Notes: a model not told the origin generated them from the letters alone. Positions 10,021 through 19,504 are shown, counted from the stretch's first letter. The stretch: DNA of 64,000 nucleotides from Candidatus Zambryskiibacteriota bacterium (GCA_003173855.1 PPGI01000004.1:176-64175); one strand, 5' to 3'. Translations and numbers: made by a program.

Positions 10021-10326
10021 ATGATTAATCAAAAAATCTCTTCAGGTACAGCCCACAAAATTCCAGATGATTTAAAAAAAGCCCTTATTTCTTCACCAAA
10101 AGCTCTTTCTCTATGGGAGAGTATTACTCCGCTTGCCCGAAATGAATGGATTTGTTGGACTGTTTCTGTCAAAAAAATTGAAACACGAAAAGATCATGTT
10201 AGGAGAGTTATCTCTGAATTAATTGAAGGAATGAGACGGCCTTGTTGCTGGTCAGGATGTATTCACCGACATGATAAAGCATTGAGCCCATCCCAAAAAT
10301 TTGTAAAAGACCGAAAAAAACTATGA
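10021..10326 (+). CDS. YdeI/OmpD-associated (bacteriocin-protection) family protein
   Basis: C-terminal ...SPKALSLWESITPLARNEWICWTVSVKKIETRKDHVRRVISEL matches the family consensus. Start trimmed to avoid overlap with tRNA-Ser. Confidence 0.5.
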   Translation: MINQKISSGTAHKIPDDLKKALISSPKALSLWESITPLARNEWICWTVSVKKIETRKDHVRRVISELIEGMRRPCCWSGCIHRHDKALSPSQKFVKDRKKL

Positions 10327-10709
10327 AATACTTAGGTATTGATTACGGAGAAAAAAGAGTGGGTATTGCAATATCTGATGCAGAAGGGAAATTAGCTTTT
10401 CCTCATAAGGTTTTAGTAAATGGAGAAAAATTAATTGAAGAAATTTTAAAAATTTCCAAAGAACAAGGTATTGAAAAAATTATCGTTGGCGACTCAAAAG
10501 ATTTTAAAGGAGAAAATAATAAAATAATGGAAAAAATTCTGCCATTTGTGCAAAATTTGAAATCAAAAACTAATTTAGAAGTCTTAATGCATCCAGAGTT
10601 TTTAACTTCACAAGAAGCGCGACGTTTGCAAGGAAAAAATGATATGCTTGATGCATCAGCCGCAGCACTTATTTTAAAAAGTTATTTAGATACTCATGAT
10701 AACAATTGA
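10323..10709 (+). CDS. ruvX: Holliday junction resolvase-like YqgF/RuvX
   Basis: MKYLGIDYGEKRVGIAISD N-terminus, RNase H-like fold motifs. Confidence 0.8.
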   Translation: MKYLGIDYGEKRVGIAISDAEGKLAFPHKVLVNGEKLIEEILKISKEQGIEKIIVGDSKDFKGENNKIMEKILPFVQNLKSKTNLEVLMHPEFLTSQEARRLQGKNDMLDASAAALILKSYLDTHDNN

Positions 10710-11022
10710 GGATTTTAAAAAATTAGAAATTAAAGTTGGTCACATTCTTTCTGCTGAACCTGTAGAAGGATCGGAAAAATTGCTTAAACTTTCTGTTGAT
10801 ATGGGGGAAGAATCTCCACGGCAAATTGTTTCAGGGATTGCTGCTTATTTTCTAGACCCGAACGAACTAATAGGTAAAAAATGCGCTTTTGCAGCGAATC
10901 TCGAACCACGAACAATCATGGGACTGGAAAGCCAGGGCATGATCCTTGCTGTTTCGGGCGATAATTTTTTCTCACTTCTCGAAGCTTCGGCGAATACTCC
11001 GCCAGGTAGCAAGGTTAAGTAA
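10696..11022 (+). CDS. Stand-alone tRNA-binding (CsaA/EMAP-like) domain protein
   Basis: DFKKLEIKVGHILSAEPVEGSEKLLKLSVDMGEE matches the OB-fold tRNA-binding domain of MetRS C-terminus/CsaA. Confidence 0.75.
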   Translation: MITIEDFKKLEIKVGHILSAEPVEGSEKLLKLSVDMGEESPRQIVSGIAAYFLDPNELIGKKCAFAANLEPRTIMGLESQGMILAVSGDNFFSLLEASANTPPGSKVK

Positions 11023-11056
11023 TTGGAAAGCTAAATTCCTTTGGTATAATTAGTTC

Positions 11057-12025
11057 ATGAAATTAGAGAAGCTTTTTGTCGCCTTTCCACCTCCCAAGTT
11101 TCTTCTTCCGCCATTCACTGGCCTTGCTTTCTCCGATTCAGGCATTCGAGCAATTCAGTTTAGTCGTAAGGGCAACGAATTTAAAATTGATAAATACAAA
11201 GAATTATCACTTGCTCCAGGAATAATTTCTAACGGGCAAGTTAATAACGAAGAAGTTCTCGTCAAAGCCCTCCAAGATTTAAAGAGAGAGCTAAATTTAA
11301 AATATGTAAAAACTTCTCTTCCAGAAGAAAAAGCTTATCTTTTTACAGCAAAATTGCCGATTGTTCGCGGGGACGAATTATTAACTGCCATTGAATCAAA
11401 AATTGAAGAAAATGTTCCCGTTCCCCAAAATGAATTAATTTTTGATTACAAATACAAAGAGCATAGAGAAAAAGAACATTTGGATGTGGTTGTTTCAACT
11501 CTGCAAATTAGCGTTGCCGAAACTTATGTACGTATTGCCGAAAAAGCCCAAATAAATCTTTTATCTCTTGAAATTGAGTCTCATGCAATTGCTCGAGCTT
11601 TATTTTCGGAAAATTCTTCCGGGACATCACTTGTTGTTTATTTTGGACTGGAAAAAGTTGGATTATTTGTGGTTCGTGATCGAATTGTTAATTTTACATC
11701 AACAATTCCGATTAAGGGTGATTCTTTAGCAAATTTGGATTTCATCTCTCAAGAGATAAAAAGACTTTTTATGTATTGGCATTCACTGAAAGATAATGTG
11801 GATAGACCTGAAAGAAAAATCACTGAAATTGTCGTTTGTGGCGAGAATTTTTCTCCAGCTGTAGTTGAATATCTTTCGACACACAACCAAACTAGAACAA
11901 TTTTAGGCAATGTCTGGACCAATGTTTTTGATATAAATAAAATAATTCCAGAAATTCAATTTACTGATTCTTTAAAATATGTAGCTGCTATAGGTTTAGC
12001 TTTGCCATCAGAAAATTTATTGTAA
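11057..12025 (+). CDS. pilM: Type IV pilus assembly protein PilM-like
   Basis: Actin-like ATPase fold pattern. Followed by two single-TM coiled-coil genes, the classical pilMNO order. Confidence 0.6.
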   Translation: MKLEKLFVAFPPPKFLLPPFTGLAFSDSGIRAIQFSRKGNEFKIDKYKELSLAPGIISNGQVNNEEVLVKALQDLKRELNLKYVKTSLPEEKAYLFTAKLPIVRGDELLTAIESKIEENVPVPQNELIFDYKYKEHREKEHLDVVVSTLQISVAETYVRIAEKAQINLLSLEIESHAIARALFSENSSGTSLVVYFGLEKVGLFVVRDRIVNFTSTIPIKGDSLANLDFISQEIKRLFMYWHSLKDNVDRPERKITEIVVCGENFSPAVVEYLSTHNQTRTILGNVWTNVFDINKIIPEIQFTDSLKYVAAIGLALPSENLL

Positions 12026-12026
12026 A

Positions 12027-12566
12027 ATGTTTAATTTATTACCTGAAAACTTAAAACAAAAAATTAAATCGGAATATAAAATCCGCCTGCTTATTGCCAT
12101 ATTGATATTCGTTGTCTTTCTTGAGTTTACTTTTCTTGCATTACTTGCACCATCTTGGCTCTCTTCTTATTATCGAAAAAAAGAAATGCTGGTTAATGAG
12201 GATGCAAAAATAGTAGCTCAATTAGCATCAAGCACCAGTTCTATTATTAGTACAATACAATTAACAAATAATCGTCTTAGAACTCTGGATAATTCATTTC
12301 AATATCCATCTGTTGCACCTGCACTTAATGTAATTCTTTCTAAAAAAACCAATTCAATTCACATAAATCAACTTTCATTTACATTAAATAATGACAAAAA
12401 CAAAACAGCAAGTATTGCCTTAAGCGGAATTTCGGCTACTCGTGAAGCTCTTGTTTCATTTTCAAAAAATTTACAAAATTCTGGAGTATTTAAAAGTGTC
12501 GATCTGCCCGTGTCATCTCTAACCAAAGATTCCAATTTAGAATTTTCTATAAATATTATTTTATAA
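12027..12566 (+). CDS. PilN-like inner membrane protein
   Basis: Short cytoplasmic N-terminus, one TM, periplasmic coiled coil. Position after pilM. Confidence 0.45.
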   Translation: MFNLLPENLKQKIKSEYKIRLLIAILIFVVFLEFTFLALLAPSWLSSYYRKKEMLVNEDAKIVAQLASSTSSIISTIQLTNNRLRTLDNSFQYPSVAPALNVILSKKTNSIHINQLSFTLNNDKNKTASIALSGISATREALVSFSKNLQNSGVFKSVDLPVSSLTKDSNLEFSINIIL

Positions 12567-12569
12567 CTT

Positions 12570-13136
12570 ATGGGAACTCAAAAATTAAAACAATATTTTG
12601 TTCTTTTGGGGATTCTTATAATTTTGCTTAGTGCAGCAATATATTTTGTTTGGACCGATCTTAAAAATAAAAATGAAATTATAGCAGAGATCAATAATGA
12701 TCTATCAACACAGTCGAGCAAACAACTATTTCTGGCTTCTATGGAACAACAAGTAAAAACCCGAGAAGATGATTTAGACAAAGTTAACGGCTCAATTATA
12801 GGAACCGATAAAGACGTGGATTTTATTGAAAATCTAGAATCATTGGCAAAATCAAATAATTTAAAAGTTAGTATTGATTCGCTTGCTCTTCAAGACGATT
12901 CGTCACTTACCACTAGCAAAGTTTCTTTTTTTAATATTCGAGCAAAAACTACTGGGGATTGGACAGGAACGTATATTTTCTTATCAGAACTTGAGTCATT
13001 ACCATTGAAAGTTAAAATAAATAAAATTAATTTAGTAAATACAACTAATGAAGTGAATGGCGAGGTAAGAAAAGTCGGCTCTGTTGGAAATACTTGGGAA
13101 TTAGATTTTGATATGACTGTTTTAAAAATGAAATAA
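12570..13136 (+). CDS. PilO-like inner membrane protein
   Basis: Single N-terminal TM plus coiled coil. Operon context. Confidence 0.4.
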   Translation: MGTQKLKQYFVLLGILIILLSAAIYFVWTDLKNKNEIIAEINNDLSTQSSKQLFLASMEQQVKTREDDLDKVNGSIIGTDKDVDFIENLESLAKSNNLKVSIDSLALQDDSSLTTSKVSFFNIRAKTTGDWTGTYIFLSELESLPLKVKINKINLVNTTNEVNGEVRKVGSVGNTWELDFDMTVLKMK

Positions 13137-13137
13137 C

Positions 13138-13473
13138 ATGTCTAAATTTACAGAAAAAATAAAAATTTGGTATGAAAAAATCTTAAGTCTTTCTCGGATT
13201 GAAAAAAGACATAAATTAAGTCCTGTCCGTGATTGGAGAATTATGCTAAGCACTGCTTTTATAATTTTATCTTTGGAAATAATTTTTACTTTTTATTTGT
13301 ACGAAGAAATTGATAAAGGAAAATTTTTTCAAGTTGATGAAACTAATTCAGGGCAACAAGTTAAATTGAATGATATTTTACTTCAGAAAATTGCTGGCCA
13401 AGCTTCCGAAAGAGAAACACAATTTAATAAATTAAAACAAGGCGGCGGAATTAAAGGGGAGCCTTCAGCCTAG
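13138..13473 (+). CDS. Hypothetical small membrane protein (pilus operon)
   Basis: Single TM. Starts 2 nt after the previous stop. Confidence 0.35.
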   Translation: MSKFTEKIKIWYEKILSLSRIEKRHKLSPVRDWRIMLSTAFIILSLEIIFTFYLYEEIDKGKFFQVDETNSGQQVKLNDILLQKIAGQASERETQFNKLKQGGGIKGEPSA

Positions 13474-13549
13474 TATGGTCAGGCATAATTTTCTGCTGAA
13501 AATTTGCCCTACCCGACCTCGTGCCTACGCGCTCCGGTTCACACATGTG

Positions 13550-13621
13550 TGCCCTCGCGAGGAATCGAACCTCGAACGGCGGCTTAGAAGTCCGCAGTTA
13601 TATCCATTTAACTACAAGGGC
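13550..13621 (-). tRNA. tRNA-Arg (anticodon TCT)
   Basis: Reverse complement: acceptor GCCCTTG/CGAGGGC, D-arm GTTA-AATGGATA-TAAC, anticodon loop CTTCTAA, T-arm CGAGG-TTCGATT-CCTCG. Confidence 0.7.
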
Positions 13622-13647
13622 GTGGTATTTACATTACCACATTTTTA

Positions 13648-14148
13648 TTACATTTGAGAATCAGCACTTGGGCCGTAAATTGATGGGACCTTGCCTCCCA
13701 TAGGACGCAAATGTGTTGAAAGCTGGCCACGATGGTGAATTAAATCGAGCAAAAATTCCCAAGCAACATGTCCGCGAGGAGCTTCCCAAACCATTTTGCC
13801 TGCCATCCACATTTGTGCAGGTTTTGCCCAATCCTTTTCAGACATTTTCTTTGCAATATTTCCTGCTGATTTCATTTGTTTTACGAATTCTTTTCTTACA
13901 TCTTCTGCAGTTTTCCATGCAGGTTTTGGCCAAGAAGAAAAATCTAATTTGCCATTTTTTAGGATTGCAGGAAACATTCCCGATTCTGATCCAAATGTAT
14001 GAGATAGTAATTCAAATGTACTTCGTGATTTTGGATCATGCTTGTACGAGTGCCTTGATTTCGGTACGGCTTCAACAGCTTTCATAACTCTTTCAAAACG
14101 AGGCAATTCACTTTTCAAAGTTTCAATAAATAGTTCTCGGTCTGTCAT
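13648..14148 (-). CDS. DinB/YfiT-like (DinB_2) metal-dependent hydrolase family protein
   Basis: HHRGQ motif near the C-terminus plus other conserved His residues typical of the DinB_2 four-helix bundle. Confidence 0.65.
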   Translation of the reverse strand: MTDRELFIETLKSELPRFERVMKAVEAVPKSRHSYKHDPKSRSTFELLSHTFGSESGMFPAILKNGKLDFSSWPKPAWKTAEDVRKEFVKQMKSAGNIAKKMSEKDWAKPAQMWMAGKMVWEAPRGHVAWEFLLDLIHHRGQLSTHLRPMGGKVPSIYGPSADSQM

Positions 14149-14248
14149 AAATAAATTTTAATAATAATCAAATCATTATACTTAAATAAAAATGTAGAAC
14201 AAATGATTCCTTGAAAAAGCCTATAATTTAGAGTATTGTTTCTCTATT

Positions 14249-14322
14249 GCGGGATTAGCTCAGTTGGTTAGAGCAATTCATTTACACTGAATAGGCCGGG
14301 GGTTCGAGTCCTCCATCCCGCA
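14249..14322 (+). tRNA. tRNA-Val (anticodon TAC)
   Basis: GCGGGAT acceptor, D-arm GCTC-AGTTGGTTA-GAGC, anticodon loop TTTACAC, T-arm GGGGG-TTCGAGT-CCTCC. Confidence 0.85.
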
Positions 14323-14326
14323 CTTG

Positions 14327-15043
14327 ATGCAACCTACTATTTTATACGAAGACAAAGATATTCTGGCAATAAACAAACCAGCAGGTTTAGTTGTTCATAA
14401 TGATGGAAAAACAAAAGAACCGACTCTAACCGATTGGATTTTAGAGAAATATCCTGATTTAAAAGAGGTTGGTGAGCCAGAACGAGACAGTAATGGGAAT
14501 GTTATTTATCGTCCAGGAATCGTTCATAGACTCGATCGAGAAACTTCAGGTGTAATGCTTGTTGCAAAAAATCAAAAAGCTTATGAGTACCTAAAAAATC
14601 AATTTAAAAAACGAGAAATAAAAAAAATTTATCATGCATTTGTCTGGGGAAATTTTAAAGAAAAAGAGGGAATAATTGACCGATCAATTGGAAGAAGCTC
14701 TTCCGATTTTCGCAAATGGTCAGCACAACGTGGGGCAAGAGGAGAAATGCGGGAAGCAGTAACAAATTATAAAGTTATTTCAGAAAATAATGATTATTCT
14801 TTTGTTGAAGTTAGACCAGAAACTGGCAGGACGCATCAGATTAGAGTTCATTTTAAGGCCATCAATCATCCATTAGTTTCTGATAAATTATACGGTCCAA
14901 AAGTCCCAAATACATTAGGATTTAACCGTCTAGCCTTGCATTCATCGGAAGTAACATTTAGAGATTTAAATAACCAAAATCATACAGTTTCTGCGCCATA
15001 TCCTGCAGATTTTGAAGAAGCAATTATATTATTGCAAAAGTAA
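14327..15043 (+). CDS. RluA-family pseudouridine synthase
   Basis: HRLDRETSGVMLVAK catalytic Asp motif. Starts 4 nt after tRNA-Val. Confidence 0.8.
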   Translation: MQPTILYEDKDILAINKPAGLVVHNDGKTKEPTLTDWILEKYPDLKEVGEPERDSNGNVIYRPGIVHRLDRETSGVMLVAKNQKAYEYLKNQFKKREIKKIYHAFVWGNFKEKEGIIDRSIGRSSSDFRKWSAQRGARGEMREAVTNYKVISENNDYSFVEVRPETGRTHQIRVHFKAINHPLVSDKLYGPKVPNTLGFNRLALHSSEVTFRDLNNQNHTVSAPYPADFEEAIILLQK

Positions 15044-15069
15044 AAAAGGTGTGTTAGATTAAGGCTCTT

Positions 15070-15480
15070 ATGGCAGACCAAGGAATACAAGTGCAGTCAC
15101 CAGTTAAAATCGAAGATCGAAAAAAACTCTCACTTTGCGCAGGCGATACTGTTCGTGTTTGGCAAAAAATTGTTGAAAAAGGAAAGACTCGTTTGCAGGC
15201 TTTCGAAGGCTTAGTTATTGCTGTTAAACACGGCAAAGAGGCAGGGGCTACATTTACAGTTCGAAAAGTTACATCTGGTGTGGGAGTTGAGAAAATTTTT
15301 CCACTCTATTCTCCAATGATTGATTCAATTGAAACAATTAAACGATCAGAAGTTCGTCGAGCAAAACTTTATCACATCCGAGAAAAAGCAGCTAAAGAAA
15401 TCCGCCGACAAATGAGAAATATTGCCGAACTTCCAGAAGTTCAAACTGAAGAAGCTGTTGTAGAGGAAAACAAAGAATAA
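15070..15480 (+). CDS. rplS: 50S ribosomal protein L19
   Basis: [24 protein letters not shown]...KIFPLYSP matches the L19 consensus. Confidence 0.9.
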   Translation: MADQGIQVQSPVKIEDRKKLSLCAGDTVRVWQKIVEKGKTRLQAFEGLVIAVKHGKEAGATFTVRKVTSGVGVEKIFPLYSPMIDSIETIKRSEVRRAKLYHIREKAAKEIRRQMRNIAELPEVQTEEAVVEENKE

Positions 15481-15542
15481 GTCCACTTGACTAAATATAT
15501 ATAAGTGTTACTATCTAAAAAGACTTTCACAAGGAGATGTAG

Positions 15543-15899
15543 ATGGAGTTTCTCATTGAAGCTTGGGCGGTGTTTTTAGGTGTTGCATTTACCATATCAG
15601 TTGGTGCCTTATATGGAGTACTTGCTACTATTATAGAGGGTTACGCAATATCTATCCTCTGGAAATGGTTTGTAGTACCTGTATTTCATTCACCTGAATT
15701 AAGTATTGTGCAGGCCATTGGTTTAACCATTATCGCTACACATATACGAGGAGGTAATTGGAAGACTCTACAGGAATGGAGTAAATCAAAGAGAAAAAAG
15801 AAATTCACGACAAAAGAAACTGTTTGGCAAATTGTTTTTCCATTCCTCGGTCCGCTGCTATCTCTTGCTTTTGGTTGGATTGTTCTCAAGTTTTTCTGA
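15543..15899 (+). CDS. Hypothetical membrane protein
   Basis: Three TM helices. No family recognised. Confidence 0.4.
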   Translation: MEFLIEAWAVFLGVAFTISVGALYGVLATIIEGYAISILWKWFVVPVFHSPELSIVQAIGLTIIATHIRGGNWKTLQEWSKSKRKKKFTTKETVWQIVFPFLGPLLSLAFGWIVLKFF

Positions 15900-15920
15900 T
15901 AAAAAATCAGAAAAACAAAA

Positions 15921-15947
15921 GGGAGGCGTCGCCTCCTTTTTGTTTTG
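15921..15947 (+). terminator. Rho-independent terminator after the 15543..15899 gene
   Basis: GGGAGGC-GTC-GCCTCC hairpin followed by TTTTTGTTTT. Confidence 0.6.
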
Positions 15948-16088
15948 AATAAAATTTAAGTGCCCAGGAGAGGACTAGACTCTTACAGAGTCTGTACACC
16001 TGTTCTATTTTTTGCTTCGAAACTCACAAAAAAATTATCACAGGTTTTCAAATCCTCTCGCACATGCTCCCAGCATGTGATTTCCGGT

Positions 16089-16170
16089 GCCCAGGAGAGG
16101 ATTTGAACCTCCACACCTTACGGCACACCCACCTCAAGGGTGCTTGTCTACCAATTTCAACACCTGGGCT
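16089..16170 (-). tRNA. tRNA-Leu (anticodon GAG)
   Basis: Reverse complement GCCCAGG TG TTG AAATTGGTAGA CAA ... CACCC-TTGAGGT-GGGTG, long variable arm, T-arm GGAGG-TTCAAAT-CCTCT. Confidence 0.85.
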
Positions 16171-16234
16171 AAACGTTTGCAGTATATCTAAACTATAGAT
16201 TTTTAGCTATTTTTCTGTTAAATTGAAGCGCAAT

Positions 16235-16309
16235 GGTGGCTATGGTGTAGCAGTAGCACAAGAGCTTGTGGAGCTTTTAGTTCCGGAGCATCCCCGGATA
16301 GCCACCCCA
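16235..16309 (+). tRNA. Candidate tRNA-His (anticodon GTG) with G-1, C73 and encoded CCA. D- and T-loops are non-canonical.
   Basis: G-1 then GTGGCTA/TAGCCAC acceptor, D-stem GTGT/GCAC, anticodon stem AGAGC/GCTTT with loop TTGTGGA, T-stem TCCGG/CCGGA with loop AGCATCC, discriminator C, CCA. Confidence 0.45.
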
Positions 16310-16347
16310 AAAAGGTAGTTTTTGTGTGTGTGATATACTAATCACTT

Positions 16348-18090
16348 ATGAAAATTTTGTGGTCCTACTTAAAAAAATATTGGAAACTTTGCGTATTGGT
16401 TGTTGTCCTCGCTATTGTAAACCAAGTTTTTTCTTTATTTGAGCCTATTATCTTTCAGAGGATTATTGATAAGTATGCGTTACGTTTCCACGAAATTAGC
16501 CGAACTGAATTTTTTCATGGCACTATTTTTCTATTGCTTGTTTTTGTTGCAAATGCATTTATTTCTCGTATTGCAAAGAACTTTCAAGATTATTATTTAA
16601 ATACCATAAGTCAGCGTTCTGGTGCGGATATGTATCGAGAAGGAGTGAAGCATTCTCTTGATCTTCCTTACATGATTTTTGAAGATGAGAGAAGTGGAGA
16701 AACATTAGGAAAATTACAGAAAGCTCGTCAAGATACAGAAAAATTGGTGATAGACACAATAAATGTAGTCTTCATGTCGGTTATTATTTTGGCTTTTATT
16801 TTGATCTACGCCGCTTTCGTTTATTGGGTTATTCCTCTTATTTTTATAGCAATGTTTGGTATTGTCAGCACGATCACAATAATCTTTTCAAGAAAAATTA
16901 AAGAAGTTCAGCAAATTATAGTTAGAGAAACAACAGCGCTTGCTGGTGCAACAACTGAATCTTTACGAAATATAGAGTTGGTAAAAGCACTCGGCCTTGC
17001 AAATCAGGAAGTATCGAGACTCAACGGCGTAACAGAAAAAATTCTAGCTCTTGAATTAAAAAAACTTCGATATTTGCGCATGCTTGATTTTATACAAGGA
17101 ACTGTCACCAATTTTATTAGATCCGGACTCTATCTTTTCTTGTTTTATTTAATTTTTATCGAAAAAATCACATTTGGTCAGTATCTTTCTCTAAACATTT
17201 ATTCATTCTGGCTCTTCTTTCCTATGCAACAAATCACCACTTTTATTGGTACTTATCGTCAGGCAGAGGCATCACTTGCAAATTATTCCAAACTCATGGA
17301 AACAGAACCTGAACCTAAAGCTTTAAATCCTAAATCATTAGGAAAAATTAAAGATCTTTCATTTAAAAATATTTCTTTCGGATATAAATCTTCTGATGTA
17401 AAAGCTCTGTCTGATATTTCTTTTAAAGTATCTACTGGAGAGACAATAGCTTTTGTTGGCCCCTCAGGTTCTGGCAAGACTTCATTAGTTAAGCTTTTGG
17501 TAGGTTTGTATGAACCATCTGAAGGCTCAGTAATTTATAACGATATGCCACAGAGTGAAATCGACAAGGAAGAATTGCGCAAACAGATTGGTTTTGTAAC
17601 TCAAGAAACTCAACTTTTTTCTGGTACTATCCGCGAAAATTTATTGTTTGTAAATTCAGGTGCTAGTGATGAAGAATGCCTAGATGCTTTGAACAAGGCT
17701 CAATGTCAAAATTTACTTGAACGCGGAGGCAAGGGTTTGGATACTGTAATTGGCGAAGGTGGAGTGAAAGTTTCTGGTGGAGAAAAGCAAAGACTTTCTA
17801 TTGCCAGAGCATTGCTGCGAAATCCTAACATTCTTATTTTTGATGAGGCAACCAGTGCTCTCGATTCTATTACTGAAGGAGAGATAGAGAAAACTATTCG
17901 CGATATTTCAAAACTTCACGAGCATATAACTGTTCTTATTGCGCATCGATTATCGACTATTATGCATTCCGATAAAATATATGTGTTAGAGAAAGGAATT
18001 GTAATTGAGACTGGAACTCATGATGAACTCTTGGAAAAGAAGGGCTTGTATCATGCTATGTGGAGACAACAAATTGGTGAACGAGCATAA
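16348..18090 (+). CDS. ABC exporter, fused permease/ATPase (MsbA/MdlB-like)
   Basis: Six TM N-terminal domain. Walker A GPSGSGKTS, signature LSGGEKQR, Walker B ILIFDEATSALD. Confidence 0.85.
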   Translation: MKILWSYLKKYWKLCVLVVVLAIVNQVFSLFEPIIFQRIIDKYALRFHEISRTEFFHGTIFLLLVFVANAFISRIAKNFQDYYLNTISQRSGADMYREGVKHSLDLPYMIFEDERSGETLGKLQKARQDTEKLVIDTINVVFMSVIILAFILIYAAFVYWVIPLIFIAMFGIVSTITIIFSRKIKEVQQIIVRETTALAGATTESLRNIELVKALGLANQEVSRLNGVTEKILALELKKLRYLRMLDFIQGTVTNFIRSGLYLFLFYLIFIEKITFGQYLSLNIYSFWLFFPMQQITTFIGTYRQAEASLANYSKLMETEPEPKALNPKSLGKIKDLSFKNISFGYKSSDVKALSDISFKVSTGETIAFVGPSGSGKTSLVKLLVGLYEPSEGSVIYNDMPQSEIDKEELRKQIGFVTQETQLFSGTIRENLLFVNSGASDEECLDALNKAQCQNLLERGGKGLDTVIGEGGVKVSGGEKQRLSIARALLRNPNILIFDEATSALDSITEGEIEKTIRDISKLHEHITVLIAHRLSTIMHSDKIYVLEKGIVIETGTHDELLEKKGLYHAMWRQQIGERA

Positions 18091-18164
18091 GTTGATCTTC
18101 ATGAAATATGAACTATCAGATAGAACTTTTAGAAGTTTTCATTTCTTCTTAGTATAGTTAAGAT

Positions 18165-18473
18165 ATGAATAAACCAAAAGTTTTAACTGAAGAAGAAATA
18201 AAAAGTGCACTAAATGATTTGTCAGGTTGGACATATAGAGACAATAAAATTTCAAAGGAATTTAAATTTTCTGATTACGTAGGATCTCTGTCATTTATAA
18301 ATCGGATGGTAGCATATTTCCAAGAGATGGATCACCACCCTGACACGCATATTTTTTACAGCACGGTTAAATTTGAACTCACGCGTTTTGATTCCGGAGA
18401 AAAAGTAACAGATCGTGATATTGAGGTTGCTAAAAAAATCGAGGAAACTTATAAAACTGAAAACAAACTATAA
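18165..18473 (+). CDS. Pterin-4a-carbinolamine dehydratase (PCD/DCoH)
   Basis: EMDHHPD motif and about 100 aa size typical of PCD. Confidence 0.7.
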   Translation: MNKPKVLTEEEIKSALNDLSGWTYRDNKISKEFKFSDYVGSLSFINRMVAYFQEMDHHPDTHIFYSTVKFELTRFDSGEKVTDRDIEVAKKIEETYKTENKL

Positions 18474-18868
18474 TGAACGGCTTCAAACAATTTATTTTGC
18501 GTGGAAATGTTGTGGATTTGGCGGTTGGTGTTGTTATTGGTGCAGCTTTCAGCAGTGTTGTAAATTCGATTGTTAAGGATTTTGTAACACCGCTCATATC
18601 AGCTATAGCCAAAGTGCCTGATTTTTCTAATCAATTTTTTACGTTAAACGGCAGCAAATTCATGTACGGAGATTTTTTAAACAATTTAATATCCTTTCTT
18701 ATAGATGCGGCAGTAATTTATTTTTTTATTGTTCTTCCTATAAACAAATTAGTACAGTTCAATAAAAAACCTCCCCCTCCTGAAACAAAAAAATGTCCTG
18801 AGTGTTTAAGTGATATTCCAGTCGGAGCAAAACGTTGTTCACAGTGCACATCTATACTCGAACAATAA
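18473..18868 (+). CDS. mscL: Large-conductance mechanosensitive channel MscL with C-terminal zinc-ribbon
   Basis: MNGFKQFILRGNVVDLAVGVVIGAAF MscL N-terminus. C-terminal CPECLSDIPVGAKRCSQC. Confidence 0.8.
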   Translation: MNGFKQFILRGNVVDLAVGVVIGAAFSSVVNSIVKDFVTPLISAIAKVPDFSNQFFTLNGSKFMYGDFLNNLISFLIDAAVIYFFIVLPINKLVQFNKKPPPPETKKCPECLSDIPVGAKRCSQCTSILEQ

Positions 18869-18910
18869 TTGATATAATTAGTGTGTTCTTTTAGCACATA
18901 AAATATCAAT

Positions 18911-19504
18911 ATGAAGAAATATTTTGTCGAGGCTTTAGGTACGTTTGCGCTTTCTCTAACAGTGGCGTTGTCCTTGGCCGGGAGGTTTAGTATTGGCACG
19001 CCAGTTTTAGCAGCACTCGTACTTGCATTATTTGTTTATTCTGTTGGACACATTTCTGGTGCACACATTAATCCAGCAGTGACAATCGGTCTTTGGTCGA
19101 TTAAAAAGATTCGATCCGCAGAAGCTATAAATTATATTGGCAGTCAATTTGTCGGTGCAGCGGTGGCTTATTTTTTGGCATCATCAGTTGGCCACGTCGG
19201 AGTTTCGGCAGGAGTTCACGTTTCTAATTCTTTAATGACCGGATTTGCAGAAACACTAGGCGCCTTTTTCTTTACGTTTGGTCTGTCTTCAGTTGTCTAT
19301 GACAGAGTTTCGCAAGGAGCTTCAGGAGTGGTTGTTGGCGGTTCGCTATTGCTTGGAATATCAATCGCCTGGTTTCTTGGTTCAAATGGAGTTATAAATC
19401 CTGCAGTTTCTCTTGGAGCGGGATCATTTGGATTAATGTATGTTCTTGGTCCAATTGTAGGTGGAGTACTTGGCATGCAAGTCTACAAAGCCATTGAAGA
19501 TTGA
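18911..19504 (+). CDS. Short MIP/aquaporin family channel
   Basis: Two NPA motifs (HINPAVT and INPAVSLG) in a six-TM protein of about 200 aa. Confidence 0.7.
   Translation: MKKYFVEALGTFALSLTVALSLAGRFSIGTPVLAALVLALFVYSVGHISGAHINPAVTIGLWSIKKIRSAEAINYIGSQFVGAAVAYFLASSVGHVGVSAGVHVSNSLMTGFAETLGAFFFTFGLSSVVYDRVSQGASGVVVGGSLLLGISIAWFLGSNGVINPAVSLGAGSFGLMYVLGPIVGGVLGMQVYKAIED

Noticed and set aside
9937-10326. ORF-track start at 9937 for the YdeI-like gene
   Set aside because: The first 85 nt overlap tRNA-Ser (9931-10015) on the same strand. The internal Met at 10021 is the plausible start.
13475-13703. Two overlapping plus-strand 60-aa ORFs
   Set aside because: Both lie across tRNA-Arg(TCT) and have no RBS or coding signature, so they are spurious.
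16200-16330. Riboswitch or leader upstream of the ABC exporter
   Set aside because: The structure is better explained as a tRNA-His-like cloverleaf with G-1, C73 and CCA.
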